Assembly: GCA_030704615.1 (NCBI GenBank)
Contig: CM060731.1
Coordinates: 89,714,001 to 89,778,000, forward strand
Direction of reading: 5' to 3'
From: Takakia lepidozioides
Taxonomy: Eukaryota > Plantae > Bryophyta
DNA: 64,000 nt
Both the position numbers and the translations under genes were made by a program. Under the pieces are notes generated by a model that saw only the letters and a list, made by a program, of their open reading frames with translations, did not search any database and was not told the origin of the DNA. Shown here one piece after another: positions 36,949 through 49,031 of the stretch (position 1 is its first letter; every line of letters starts with the position of its first letter).

Positions 36949-39235
36949 GGCTGCCAGGCCTGCAATGCACACAAACATGATGTGGCCGGGCTGAACCCCT
37001 TCCCCCATCATTTGCTCATAGGTCTCCAAAGCCTCCATCCCACGTCCCTACTGTGCATACCCTGCAAGCATCGCACTCCATGACACCACATCTCATTCAG
37101 CCATAGTGTTGAACACTCCCTTTGCATCCTCGATGCACCCACATTTTGCATACATGTCCACCAGGGTATTGTTCAAAATGACATTTGGTACAATTCCAGC
37201 TCTGAAGGTGTCACCATGGACCTCCTTCCCCTTTTCCAGAGCTGCCAGGGCAGTGTTTCGAATGACATTAGGTACAATTCCAGCTTTGATGATATCCCCA
37301 TGCACCACTTTGCCCTTCTCCAGGGCTGCCAGGCCTGCAATGCATACAAACATGATCTGGCCGGGCTGGACCCCTTCCCCCATCATTTGCTCATAGGTCT
37401 CCAAAGCCTCCATCCCATGTCCCTGTTGTGCATACCCTGCAAGCATCGCACTCCACGACACCACATCTCGTTCAGCCATAGTGTTGAACACTCCCTTTGC
37501 ATCCTCGATGCACCCACATTTTGCATACATGTCCACCAGGGTATTGTTCAAAATGACATTTGGTACAATTCCAGCTCTGAAGGTGTCACCATGGACCTCC
37601 TTCCCCTTTTCCAGAGCTGCCAGGGCAGTGTTTCGAATGACATTAGGTACAATTCCAGCTTTGATGATATCCCCATGCACCACTTTGCCCTTCTCCAGGG
37701 CTGCCAGGCCTGCAATGCATACAAACATGATGTGGTCGGGCTGGACCCCTTCCCCCATCATTTGCTCATAGGTCTCCAAAGCCTCCATCCCACGTCCCTG
37801 CTGTGCATACCCTGCAAGCATCGCACTCCACGACACCACATCTCGTTCAGCCATAGTGTTGAACACTCCCTTTGCATCCCCGATGCACCCACATTTTGCC
37901 TACATATCCACTAGGGTATTGTTCAAAATGACAGTTGGTACAATTCCAGCTCTAAAGGTGTCACCATGGACCTCCTTCCCCTTTTCCAGAGCTGCCAGGG
38001 CAGTGTTTCGAATGACATTAGGTACAATTCCAGCTTTGATGATATCCCCATGCACCTCTTTGCCCTTCTCCAGGGCTGCCAGGCCTGCAATGCATACAAA
38101 CATGATGTGGCCGGGCTGGACCCCTTCCCCCATCATTTGCTCATAGGTCTCCAAAGCCTCCATCCCACGTCCCTGCTATGCATACCTTGCAAGCATCGCA
38201 CTCCACGACACCACATCTCGTTTAGCCATAGTGTCGAACACTCCCTTTGCATCCCCGATGCACCCACATTTTGCCTACATATCCACTAGGGTATTGTTCA
38301 AAATGACAGTTGGTACAATTCCAGCTCTGAAGATGTCACCACGGACCTCCTTCCCCTTTTCCAGAGCTGCCAGGGCAGTGTTTCGAATGACATTAGGTAC
38401 AATTCCAGCTTTGATGATATCCCCATGCACCACTTTGCCCTTCTCCAGGGCTGCTAGGCCTGCAATGCATACAAACATGATGTGGCCGGGTTGGACCCCT
38501 TGTTGCTCATAGGTCTCCAAAGCCTCCATCCCACGTCCCTGCTGTGCATACCTTGCAAGCATCGCACTCCACGACACCACATCTCGTTCAGCCATAGTAT
38601 TGAACACTCCCTTTGCATCCCTGATGCACCCACATTTTGCCTACATATCCACTAGGGTATTGTTCAAAATGACATTTGGTACAATTCCAGCTCTAAAGGT
38701 GTCACCATGGACCTCCTCCCCCTTTTCCAGAGCTGCCAGGGCAGTGTTTCGAATGACATTAGGTACAATTCCAGCTTTGATGATATCCCCAAGCACCACT
38801 TTGCCCTTCTCCAGGGCTGCCAGGCCTGCAATGCATACAAACATAATGTGGCCGGGCTGGACCCCTTCCCCCATCATTTGCTCATAGGTCTCCAAAGCCT
38901 CCATCCCACGTCCCTGTTGTGCATACCCTGCAAGCATCACACTCCACAACACCACATCTCGTTCAACCATAGTGTTGAACACTCCCTTTGCATCCCCGAT
39001 GCACCCACATTTGCATACATGTCCACTAGGGTATTGTTCATAATGACATTTGGTACAATTCCAGCTCTGAAGATGTCACCACGGACCTCCTTTCCCTTTT
39101 CCAGAGCTGCCAGGGCAGTGTTTAGAATGTCATTAGGTACAATTCCAGCTTTGATGATATCCCCATGCACCTCTTTGCCCTTCTCAGGGGTTGTCAGGCT
39201 TGCACAAGCATTGCAATGCACACAAACATGATGTG
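36949..39235 (-). repeat. PPR-derived tandem array, 375-bp unit, about 6 copies, partly in frame
   Basis: Homologous positions 37106, 37481, 37856, 38231; each unit is S-P-L with a partial L-motif duplication; several units have a TAG stop in the MYAKCG motif. Confidence 0.95.
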
Positions 39236-41169
39236 AGAGGGCAAAACAGGCTGAAATAGGTCAAAGAAGAAGATGCCCTCACCACATTGTCCTTGAGGTT
39301 GTGTCATGACCTGACCAACCATCAACCCAAAAGGACCTCTTGTGTGTGCTGCTTGTGTCTGTAGTCAGGTAATGTCAGATTGGTTTGTGAGATCGAACCA
39401 CCACGGTGTAGCTGAGTAGGCAGAGATTGAAACACGGCCTGCTAAGACCAAGCTAACTCTCCCAAGAACGGCAAGCTCGCAAGAATGTTGCGAGCTTCTC
39501 CTCGTCTCATCTCCTCCTCCTCTCCTCCTTCCTGCATCATTTGCTCAACGCCTCCATCCCACACCCCTGCATATCCTACGATTATCGCGTTCCATCCCTC
39601 GGCTACATGGTGTGGCGCAGGGAGACAAAAAAAAAACGCCCAAGTCCCAGCCCTCCTCTATGTTCACGATTACCCTAATGGGCAACCTTATTAGCAATTT
39701 TTTAACTTTTTAACCTTTTGCACTTTGATTCATTCTAGGTCAGAGGCTAAAGTCCTGCTACCAGACTTGTCTAGAAAACCAAAACACCACGTAGACAAAC
39801 ATTTGATAATGGTAATAAAATATATTACCATTGGGCTGGTTTGAACACTTGTTGGTAAATTTAGGTTAGGATTTTTAGGTTAGGATTTTTTCAAAATATT
39901 CTGGTTTTTTCTTTGATGTGTGAGATGACAAAGTCCAAGCATGTCACATAAACAAGGAGTTCAACGTAAGGATGATGCAAGTGATTTGTGGCAAAAAGTG
40001 TAAATCATGCCTATGCCTATTTGTCCTAGTTGTGTCATAGGTTGCAACGGAACGAGGCCACCTTTGAATGTGATCCCCATGCTCATTTCACCAAGGGAAT
40101 TATAGACTTTATAATGTAGAGATTGAAAATGGGGTGTATACTTCACTTGCTAGTAGCCCATCGTGCAGATTTCTAAACATTAACATGAAGTTCATAATCA
40201 TTTTACAAGGGCATCATTCTCAAACTCCCTATACACCACAATCAATGGAAATAATTGTATGTTCCCATTTCACACAGGTGTGTAACAGGGTGAATGCAGG
40301 GTTGACTGGACCAAAATGGACGTTATCAGCACAGTTTTAGATGACTGCAATTGATGGTGTCATCAATTGAAATTGAATTAACTCATTAAAACCAAAAAAT
40401 ATATATGTCATTGGATTCCTAGCTTCAATACACACCCATAGCAACTCTCTAATCATGAATCCGATAAGAAATGACTCCGCTATGGACTTTTGAACACCGT
40501 CATTGTGGACTGTTACCGCAATGAATGGAATTACAATGGACTCAAGTTCTCCTATGTGCCATTGGTGAATTCCATTGAAATTTGGACATAAGGTGGCCAT
40601 TTTGGTCCACATCATAGGTATGTATTTGAAGTGGCAAAATCATTTGTCATTTGACTCATATGGACTAATATATGTCAAAAAAATAGGCGTTTTTTGAAAA
40701 GTCCATAGCTCATCTTGTTTTTTGGATTTTGGGTGTCATTGTTTTTCTAGAAGTATAAAAACCTATAATCTTCAATGGCTAGGTGTCATATTTTAATGTT
40801 TTTGTAAACTCTAATTTTTAGTTTTTCATAATTTCTCTAAATAATATACTAAAATGTTTAATGAATTATATCTTTAATATTTGGGGTAGGACTCTTTACT
40901 AAATATGTTCAGTATACCATTATCTATCATTTAAAAAAATTGGGATAGTATCATCAACTTTTTGTTTTTGGTCATGGACTTTCATGGAGCAGGATCTGCC
41001 GTTTTTGGTCCACTCAACCCTGCAACTGCCCAACATGCCATGTAAACTAAGCCAACCCCTGCCACGCTCATGGCTATTTTCACACCATTCTTGCCTGGGG
41101 TGTGGACCACATGTGAGACACCCCACAGTTAGGGCATATTTAGACCCACACCTTGGCTCAGTGTACAGA

Positions 41170-41243
41170 CCCGTGATAAAAGCCGTGGAATGTGTCAGGT
41201 GTGAGATGGCAGAGCCGTGGAAAAAGCCGGTTCTCTTCTAGTG
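41170..41243. mobile_element. CACTA-like right terminus
   Basis: GCCGTGGAAAAAGCCGGTTCTCTTCTAGTG, nearly identical to 19141-19171. Confidence 0.55.
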
Positions 41244-41315
41244 TATTTCATTGAAAGAACATTTTTGGCTTCTGCTGGTATTGACATTCTTGAAGTGGAT
41301 TTGTTCTTACTGCAG

Positions 41316-41770
41316 GATGCCAAGTACTGCAGGAGGGACGTCTACACCGCAGTTTATGGGCAGGAGGAACGTGTCTTTTTTTGCCAGGGGGGATTTCATG
41401 TCGAGTCCTGAAAGGGACTACATCCTTCCTACTTATGTTGCCCGGCTTGCTTCGGTGTCCATTAGGAGGTCTTCCGAACCTAGTCGTGTACAGCAGATTT
41501 TAGACGAGGCAAGCCTCAAGAAAATGAAGATGAGGGAGGAGGCAGCAGCTATTAGAGCCCGTCAGGCTCGTAGATTTGTCTTGGATTCTGATGAGGAAAG
41601 TGGGGGAGAAGAGGCAGAAGATTCCCAGGAGGTGAGGTGGACAGTCCCCCAAGGAAAGGACGGAATTTTTGAGAGGCATAGTGGAACTGATGCATCATAG
41701 AGCTTGGAGGATGGGGGGGATGAGGGGGATGAGGAGGAAGGTGGGGCAAGTTCCTCGGAGGGTGTAAGAG
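41316..41770 (+). pseudogene. Acidic, low-complexity exon near the MULE-A right end, function unknown
   Basis: Follows a CAG acceptor; open frame with a helical basic segment then DSDEESGGEEAED. Confidence 0.35.
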
Positions 41771-42006
41771 AGTAGTGCCCATTCTGGCTATGACAGTTAG
41801 GACACACTTGTATAGATGTGGCTTGCCACAAAATTTGCAATAAAATGTTGCATTTCATTGCTATGACGAGTCCACTGGTGCCACATTCCAACTTCACATG
41901 ACCCTATTTCCGTGCCTCCTAACCCTATTTCCGTGGACACACAATGGTCCGCTCATGTTTTTTTTTTTTCCGCTCATGCTCATGCCGCTCATGAAATAGC
42001 AGCCCC

Positions 42007-43709
42007 CCTTGGTGCTAGCATGCACGACGGTGCGATAAGCAAAGAGAAGAGGGGGAAGAAAGGTATCCCACTCCTTGGTGATCAGTGTTCTTCTCCAACA
42101 TGCGACAAAGTGTTTAGTTGAAGCGCTCTGTGAGGCCATTGGTTTGGGGATGGTAAGAGGCTGTAGTAACATGCTTCATACCAAAATTGAAGCAAATAAC
42201 CGTCAGGAGTTGGTTGCAAAATTCTTTGCCCTAATTCGTAAGTATCTCCCGAGGATACCCATGCTGCATAATGATCTCATCAAAGAAGAATTTTGAACTA
42301 CAACATCACTGCTCTTGGTAGACAAAGGCTGGATTTCTACCTACTTAGTCAAGTAATCGATCAGTAGCAACACAAAGGTAGCTATGACCCTTTGATGTGA
42401 GTGCGAGGGGTCCTACCAAGTCAATCTCCACATGAGCAAAGGCATGCATAATGGGCAAGGATTGAAGCTCAAAAGAGATCAGGGCCCTAGGAAGAGCAAT
42501 ATTAGCACGACAACCCTCACACTTAGAGATGAATTCAGTGTCGTCCCGGTGAATTCCCTTCCAATAGTATACCTCTTGGATGTGGGCCATGGTTTTCTTA
42601 ATGCCTAGGTGACATGCATACAAGGAACAATGGAAACGCTCCAATAAAGTGTTCAGCTGGCTCCGTGGTGGCACCTCCAAGTAGCACGGCATATCCCCTC
42701 GAGTATAGTCCTTGAACAACTTGTCACCCATGAAGCGTTGACTAGAAATATGATACAAGATTTGTTTACGCAATGACTCGGAAAGGTCGGCAGAAGAACG
42801 CCCTGATTGGCATTGCAGGAATAGCGCTGCATGCAATTGGTCATCCATGACTAGTGCTCTGCACATAAGAGGTAGACAATGGATTTTAGCGAAGGTGGAC
42901 AGGAGTGCCTGCACCGATGATCTCCAGGTAGAGATCCTTCACCTCATTTGTTACTACTCATGGACAGCCAAGTCAGGCCTTGAGGAACAAGTCAAAGTCA
43001 CACCGGAGTGCAACAGCGAACACAACAAATTCAAGAGTCTAAGTAGGAGCAGAATTGTCGCAATTCAAGGAGCCTAAACCATACTATCCCAATTCCCATG
43101 ATACAACGAGGCCACCACACACACTAGCACACAAGGAACTCATCCTGAATCATCAAGAAGGCTAGACCAGCCCCATGCAGCAAGGTTGCCACAAGAATCA
43201 AAGGCCAAGGGCTGCTGATCTGCACAAAAGAGATTGAAAACAGGAGCTGGATCAGCAGTGGCAACAACATCTGAAGTAGCAAGATTATCCAAGGTGAGCA
43301 AGGGCCTGCTAACAGGAGGATCAACACGTGTTAGTACATCAGCATTGATATTTTCCTTGCCCTTTGTGTACATTATATCCATGTTGAACTCTTGCAAATA
43401 CATGGCCCATCTAGCAAGTCTGCCATGAAGTTCTCGAGGCTTCACAAGAGCCTTGAGGGGCAAGTGATCAGTCTCAACTACAAAGCGGCTGCCATAGATA
43501 TTGTCAAAATGCTTCACACCAAAAACCAAGGCAAGACCCTCTTTGTTAGATATAGAGTAGTTCTTCTCATGATGGTCTAAGCGACAAGAGGCATAGGCTA
43601 TAACATGTTCCTTGTCATTTACCACTTGACAAAGAATTGCAGAAATGACCACATCAGACGCATCTGTTTGAAGCACAAAAGGCAATTCAAAGTTAGGAAA
43701 CATGAGGAT
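42007..43709 (-). pseudogene. Gypsy G1 RNase H and integrase core
   Basis: PFVLQTDAS..VIAYAS..VETDH..RLARWA..NADVLTR; H..CHLG..YYW..CEGC; IDLVGPL. Confidence 0.92.
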
Positions 43710-43798
43710 TGTCGTGCACCTAAGCATCATGCCACAACATACATCGTTGTCCACCATACATTCTAAGCACACAATCCTAGAAAGCTATGCCACAATCG
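43710..43798. repeat. G2 repeat A, copy 1 (89 bp)
   Basis: Appears identical to 44167-44255. Confidence 0.95.
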
Positions 43799-44164
43799 AT
43801 AATGGAAGTGAACACACAATGGAAACACTCCACTCATGAATCCACTCAAATCACATAAATTAAGTCAAGCCAAGGGCACCTTTGCTAAAAGAATCCACCC
43901 TACAAAGCCCTCACCACACTCCCTCTCAATACCTAGAACTATGGAGGTGGGAGAGGCTCATGGAGGTTCAACTACAAGAAGATGAGCCCTCCTCAACACT
44001 CACAAGGGGAAACCCATCCCCATGTCCCAAGTGAGGTTTGACACCTCACTTGGCATGTGAGACCAAATGAAGTCCCAACACACAAAATACAAATATAAAT
44101 ATCCAAAATGTCCTAGTTAACTAGAAATAGGTAATTCTAGTTAACCATGACTAAAACCATGACA
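43798..44164. repeat. G2 repeat B, copy 1
   Basis: About 10 differences from 52714-53081 by eye. Confidence 0.95.
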
Positions 44165-44166
44165 GC

Positions 44167-44255
44167 TGTCGTGCACCTAAGCATCATGCCACAACATACA
44201 TCGTTGTCCACCATACATTCTAAGCACACAATCCTAGAAAGCTATGCCACAATCG
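44167..44255. repeat. G2 repeat A, copy 2, next to the polypurine tract
   Basis: Minus strand reads AGGGGGGCGAT-TGTGGC...GCACGACA-GC-TGTCATGG. Confidence 0.95.
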
Positions 44256-44429
44256 CCCCCCTAGCTGGTGATTAGGTCCCCCTAACACCGGATAGCTGAC
44301 AAGTATCCATCTCAATAAAATCATCGCTTGGTCTTCAATCGCACATGATCTTCAATTAAGTATCCATGGCGTTGAGCTCCCATCAGCTAGACCTTGGATC
44401 ACTTGTCAATTCCACCATTGTCATGCCCA

Positions 44430-45691
44430 CTACCTATGTCCAAGGCATCGTGGACACAACCATTCTCCACTAGGAACCTCCTCAAGTGGCGGTGTCAAGC
44501 ATCCCATGTGCCACCCGCTTGAGCATTTGTCACACACCAACATGGTTGCGGCACCACCAGCATGCCCACATAGCATGCAACGCAACCCTGCAGGTACCAC
44601 TGCAAGGTTGGGATCTATCATCCCATCCACATGTGGAAGGTGACATGGCGCACAATTGCGCACATGGTCCTTCCATACCATGCCATCTCGACCCTCCAAA
44701 ATCAACACTCCTGAAGGCAACACCTCCCGGACCCTTAGAATCACACGCCCTGCTCTGACATCCAAAGCTGTAGGCGCTGTCTGCTACAGATACACATAGT
44801 CCCCAGGGTGGAAACGCCGAACAACTGGCCGATATCCCCCTCCACGTATAGTGGTGTACCTCAATGTGTCTCGGTGTTGGGCAATAGCAAGGTTGTCAAA
44901 AGCCATAGGCATGACTCTCTTGAACAACTTTGCCCGCTGGGCACATGCTTGTGTCCACACATCTGGATCATCAAGGTTGAGAACTACTGCAGTTTCCCTG
45001 CGAATAGATGCAGGCAAATCTGGCTCTCAGCCAACGAGAAGGAAATAAGGCGAGAACGAGGCAAGTGATGCTTGTTTGCTAAACCTGTAGCCCATGGCCA
45101 ACAAAGTAGCTGAAGGTCCCAATCTCCTAAGTGTCCCTTCTGCAAGCCATACTTGCGTAAGCCTCGCTTGCGTGTTTGTACAACCCTCTCTGCCAGGCCA
45201 TCAGCCTCGGGATGATCCCGAGAAGTAGTGCAGTGATCTATCAAGGCTTGCTCACACAAAGCCTGAAACTCTCCCAAGAACTCTCTCCCTTGGTCCGTGA
45301 GTACCTCGGCTGGAGCACCAAATTGGCTAAGCACTCGATCTAAGAATGCATACGCAGCCCCCTCACTTGCCTTGTCAAGAAATGCCACCAGTTCAATCCA
45401 CTTGGAGAAATGTTCCACCATCACCAACACATACTTGTTATGGCGAATCGTTAGTGGCAATGGGCCTGCGAAGTCAAGACTCCAACGATAGCCCAAACCC
45501 ATAATGGGTAAAGGATGCAATTGTGGAGTAGGTGCATTGAAAGAAGCTCGCACTCTATCACACACCATGCACTTTGCCACTAACTGTTGCACATCCGTGT
45601 GCATGCCCCGCCACCAGTATTGTCCTTGCAGCAAACTATGAGTGCGTCGCACCCCAAAATGTCCCAACTCCTCATGGGCATGGCGTACCAA
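44430..45691 (-). pseudogene. G2 integrase with C-terminal PHD finger
   Basis: HEELGH..CMVC; LDFAGP; LTDQGREF; GLAER; CMLC..VCDKC..WHMGC..WLCPRC (C4HC3, ~44442-44582). Confidence 0.93.
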
Positions 45692-45956
45692 TCACGCTCG
45701 TTGTGTTGGATGAGGCATAATCCTCACTCGTCCATCCTCCCATACTCGGAATAGGTGAGTCCCCTCCCACTTGAACCTCTTGGCTCGTTGTAGGATCCGA
45801 TCTCTCTTCTTAGCAGTCACACTGACTGCTGTCTCTCTAGTATGAAGGTAGGCCAACACTGCTGCATCTTCATGCACATCCTTAGCACCACCAAGCTCCT
45901 CACTGATCTCTAGATCGTCATGCACACCATCTACATGACCAATGCTATGGGATGGA

Positions 45957-47330
45957 CTAGCTTGAGCTCCCATTGCTAGGATGCACAAAAAAAGCAGATG
46001 CATGCCATCCTGGCACCATCTCCTCATCCGTCTCACCATGCCACCGAGCTCCAGTATCATCATGCTTGCTCGTGCATGGATTACGACTCAATCCATCTGC
46101 ATCCCGATTGACAATACCGGCTCGATGCACCACTTGAAAGTCGTATTCTTGAAGCATAAGTGCCCACCGTGCAAGCTTCCCTGTAAGCTTGTCTGACTCC
46201 ATCAACCACTTCAATGGTTGGTGATCCATGACAAGGGTGAAGAGATTGTCATAGAGGTAGGATCTCAAATGTCCCACTGCCCATACCGCAGCTATACACT
46301 CCCCTTCATATGAACTATACTTCGCCTCGGCATCATTGTTTGAGCGGCTAGCATATGCCACTACGAACTCTCTTCCCTCATCATCTATCTGTGTGAGCAC
46401 TGCTCCAATCCCCATCATACTCCAATCCGTATGTAGCTGGAAAGGCCGCCCCCGAATAGGCCGCCTCAGAATAGGTGCAAAAGTCCTCAAAGGCTTCCTC
46501 CTGCTCCTCCTCCCACTGCCACTCCTGACCCACCTTGGTCAACTTAGTAAGAGCCTTTGCAATGCTGCTAAATCCCTTGACAAACCGTCGATAGTAGTTT
46601 GCCAACCCCATGAAAGCACGAACTCTGCTAACATCTATGGGACGTGGAATGCGTGCAATGGCCTCCACCTTCGTCTTTTGAACACCCAATCCTCCAGGGT
46701 ATATCATGTGGCCTAGATACTCAATCTGGTTGTGGAAGAACTTGCACTTCCTAGGGTGCAATTTCAACCCATGCGCTCTCAAGCGCTCAAACACCACCTG
46801 AAGGTGTCTCTCATGCTCCTCAACCGTAGCACTAAAGACGATGATGTCATCAATGTAATACCGGGCAAAGTCTAGCCCATATCCATAACCCTCTGAAACT
46901 CTGCAGGAGCATTCTTCAACCCAAACGGTAGGAAGCGCCATTGGTACAAGCAATCCTTCCCATGTTGGTCAATCCCCCAGAATGCCGTCTTTTGCTTGTC
47001 AGCCTCTTTGATTGGCAACTGGTGGTAACCGGATCGCAAGTCCAATGTACTAAACACCTTCGCATGCCCAATGGCATCAAAGATTTCCTCTGGAGTTGGC
47101 ATGACATATCTATCGGACTTAGTCTGACGGTTCACAAGACGATAGTCCCCACACATCCTTCTTTCTGTCCAATTGCCATAGATATCCTTCTTAGCTGGCA
47201 TCACCGTTGCCGAGGCATACTCCCCACCTGACAACTCCACCAATCCAGCTTCGAACAACTCCATAGTCCGTGACTGGATCAATGACCTCTCCATGTCACT
47301 ATACCGGTAGGGCCTTCAAAAGATTGGCGT
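45957..47330 (-). pseudogene. G2 reverse transcriptase and RNase H
   Basis: RMCGDYR, LDLRSGYHQ, PFGLKNAP, YIDDII; LHTDWS, VAYASR, DHQPL, DADGLSR; frameshifts. Confidence 0.95.
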
Positions 47331-47909
47331 GTCACTTGCCAAATCAATACGAATCTCCTGACCCTTCAAACTCCCCAAATCCTTCAAACAGAAGGCAAAG
47401 CAATTTCTATAAGCCCTTAGAAATCGTTGGATCCTCCGTCTCTCTCGTCCGGTGACTGTAGGTCCAACATCTACTTCCCAATTGTCCTCAATGACTGCAA
47501 CCTTGGGTACATCAGGCTTGGAGGTAGGAGACGAATCTTTTAGTTGCTAGATAGCAACCTCTTGGGCCTTGTCCGCCCAATCTGACTGTGGCGTAGCCTC
47601 CACTTGATCTGCCATAACCACCTTGAGAACATCTTATGGGGAAGAAACATTCTCAACCTCTTCAAAAACATTGGCCACCTTGGCCTCCAACTGATCATCA
47701 GTGTATGGCTCTCCCCACTCCTCATATTGCTGCTTGAGAGGTCCAATGACTCTCTTTCCGCATCTCATCCCACATCTGCCATGGGTATTTGCACCCCATG
47801 ATCATGTGCTCGCCCCCACTCACTGCCTCAACCGTCCCGGTTGGCAGAGGGGATACAATACCAAATGGGAGTGCAGAAGTAGCCACCACTATCTGCAACC
47901 TCCGTTGCT

Positions 47910-48880
47910 CAGCCATGCACAAGCCAATGACCCATGTCAAACAATTTAGATCCATTGCTTGACCCAACACATGTCGGCGTGATGCCTCTGACAGAGTTAG
48001 CACAGCTGTAGTGCCCATGGCAAATCCCATTGCCCGCTCTCGCTCATCTGCATTGGGCTCCACCAATTGCTGTAGCACACTGTCCCAAATCAACCCAGGA
48101 CCATTGTCTTGAAAAGCATGAGACGAGGGAAAGCTCATGAGCATAGGCAAGGCCGCACGTGGCTGCCCCACTCAATTTACCACTGCTAGAGGTGGACGGT
48201 CATCATGTCGCACCCTCTGTGGTTGCCTCCCTTGGTCCAAAATGCCCTCAACTGTGAGATTGGGTGGCCGTTGAATGGAATCGTATGCTCTCTTGAGCAG
48301 CTCTGGTGGTGCAAGATTGGTCCACCACAATCAAGGTCGATGCGCTCGTGATCCCACCGCTGCTGCATCCAATAGTACCGCCGATCTAATCCAAGACCGC
48401 ACCTGATGCACACTGGCCATAACCCTGGCCCGAAAGTCCCCCATAAGAGGAACATTCTCCAAGATATAGGCTAGAGGTTGCACTTGCCTCGTCTGCAAGT
48501 CACGCAACACTCTCAACATCTCCCAAAACAAATGCGATCGTGCATCATGCAAGCCGTTTCCATGACCTGCGGGAGAGTGTCATGGCAAGGCCATCCAGCT
48601 ATCACCAAGTCAATGGCACCATGCCGGTCCAAATCATCCGCCCCCAGCAAGGTAATGTTTGCTGGCAATGCCTTTTGATACCCTTGAATTGCTGAGAGAG
48701 GCAACAACTCAAGGTACCGGTGTGTGAGCAAGGCGATGTGGCGCATAGAAATATGCCGAGCTATCTCATCCTTCTCCACATACAAGTACTTGCGTACTTT
48801 GATCCCAGCTTGCAACACTCCTGCAAGCCCAGTACTCATGCCTCCAAACAGGTCTAGCAAACAAATCCCTGAGTCAGGTG
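47910..48880 (-). pseudogene. DNMT3-like C5 cytosine DNA methyltransferase domain within G2 pol
   Basis: Motifs in order: I LLDLFGG, II YVEKD, IV DLVIAGWPC, VI ILENV, VIII RAHRP*LWWTN, IX ERERAMGF, X RRHVLGQAMD. Confidence 0.9.
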
Positions 48881-49031
48881 GTTGCCAGGTAATGGGCACT
48901 GTATCCAAAGGAGCTAACTGAGGAAGTCCAGGTGATGTCACTGAACTCCCCTCACTCACCAATGGATATGCCTCCTGCCATGCTTGGTGCACATACTCGC
49001 CTGCTACTCGATGCAAATTCCTAACTGTACC

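Larger units (their letters stand above)
13149..42006 (-). mobile_element. MULE-A: 28.9-kb Mutator-like DNA transposon with nested content
   Basis: Ends GAGGTTAGCTATTTCATGAGC and GCTCATGAAATAGCAGCCCC with CATGAGC subrepeats; TSD (T/C)CTTGGTGC at 13140-13148 and 42007-42015; removing it restores the G1 integrase frame. Confidence 0.88.
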
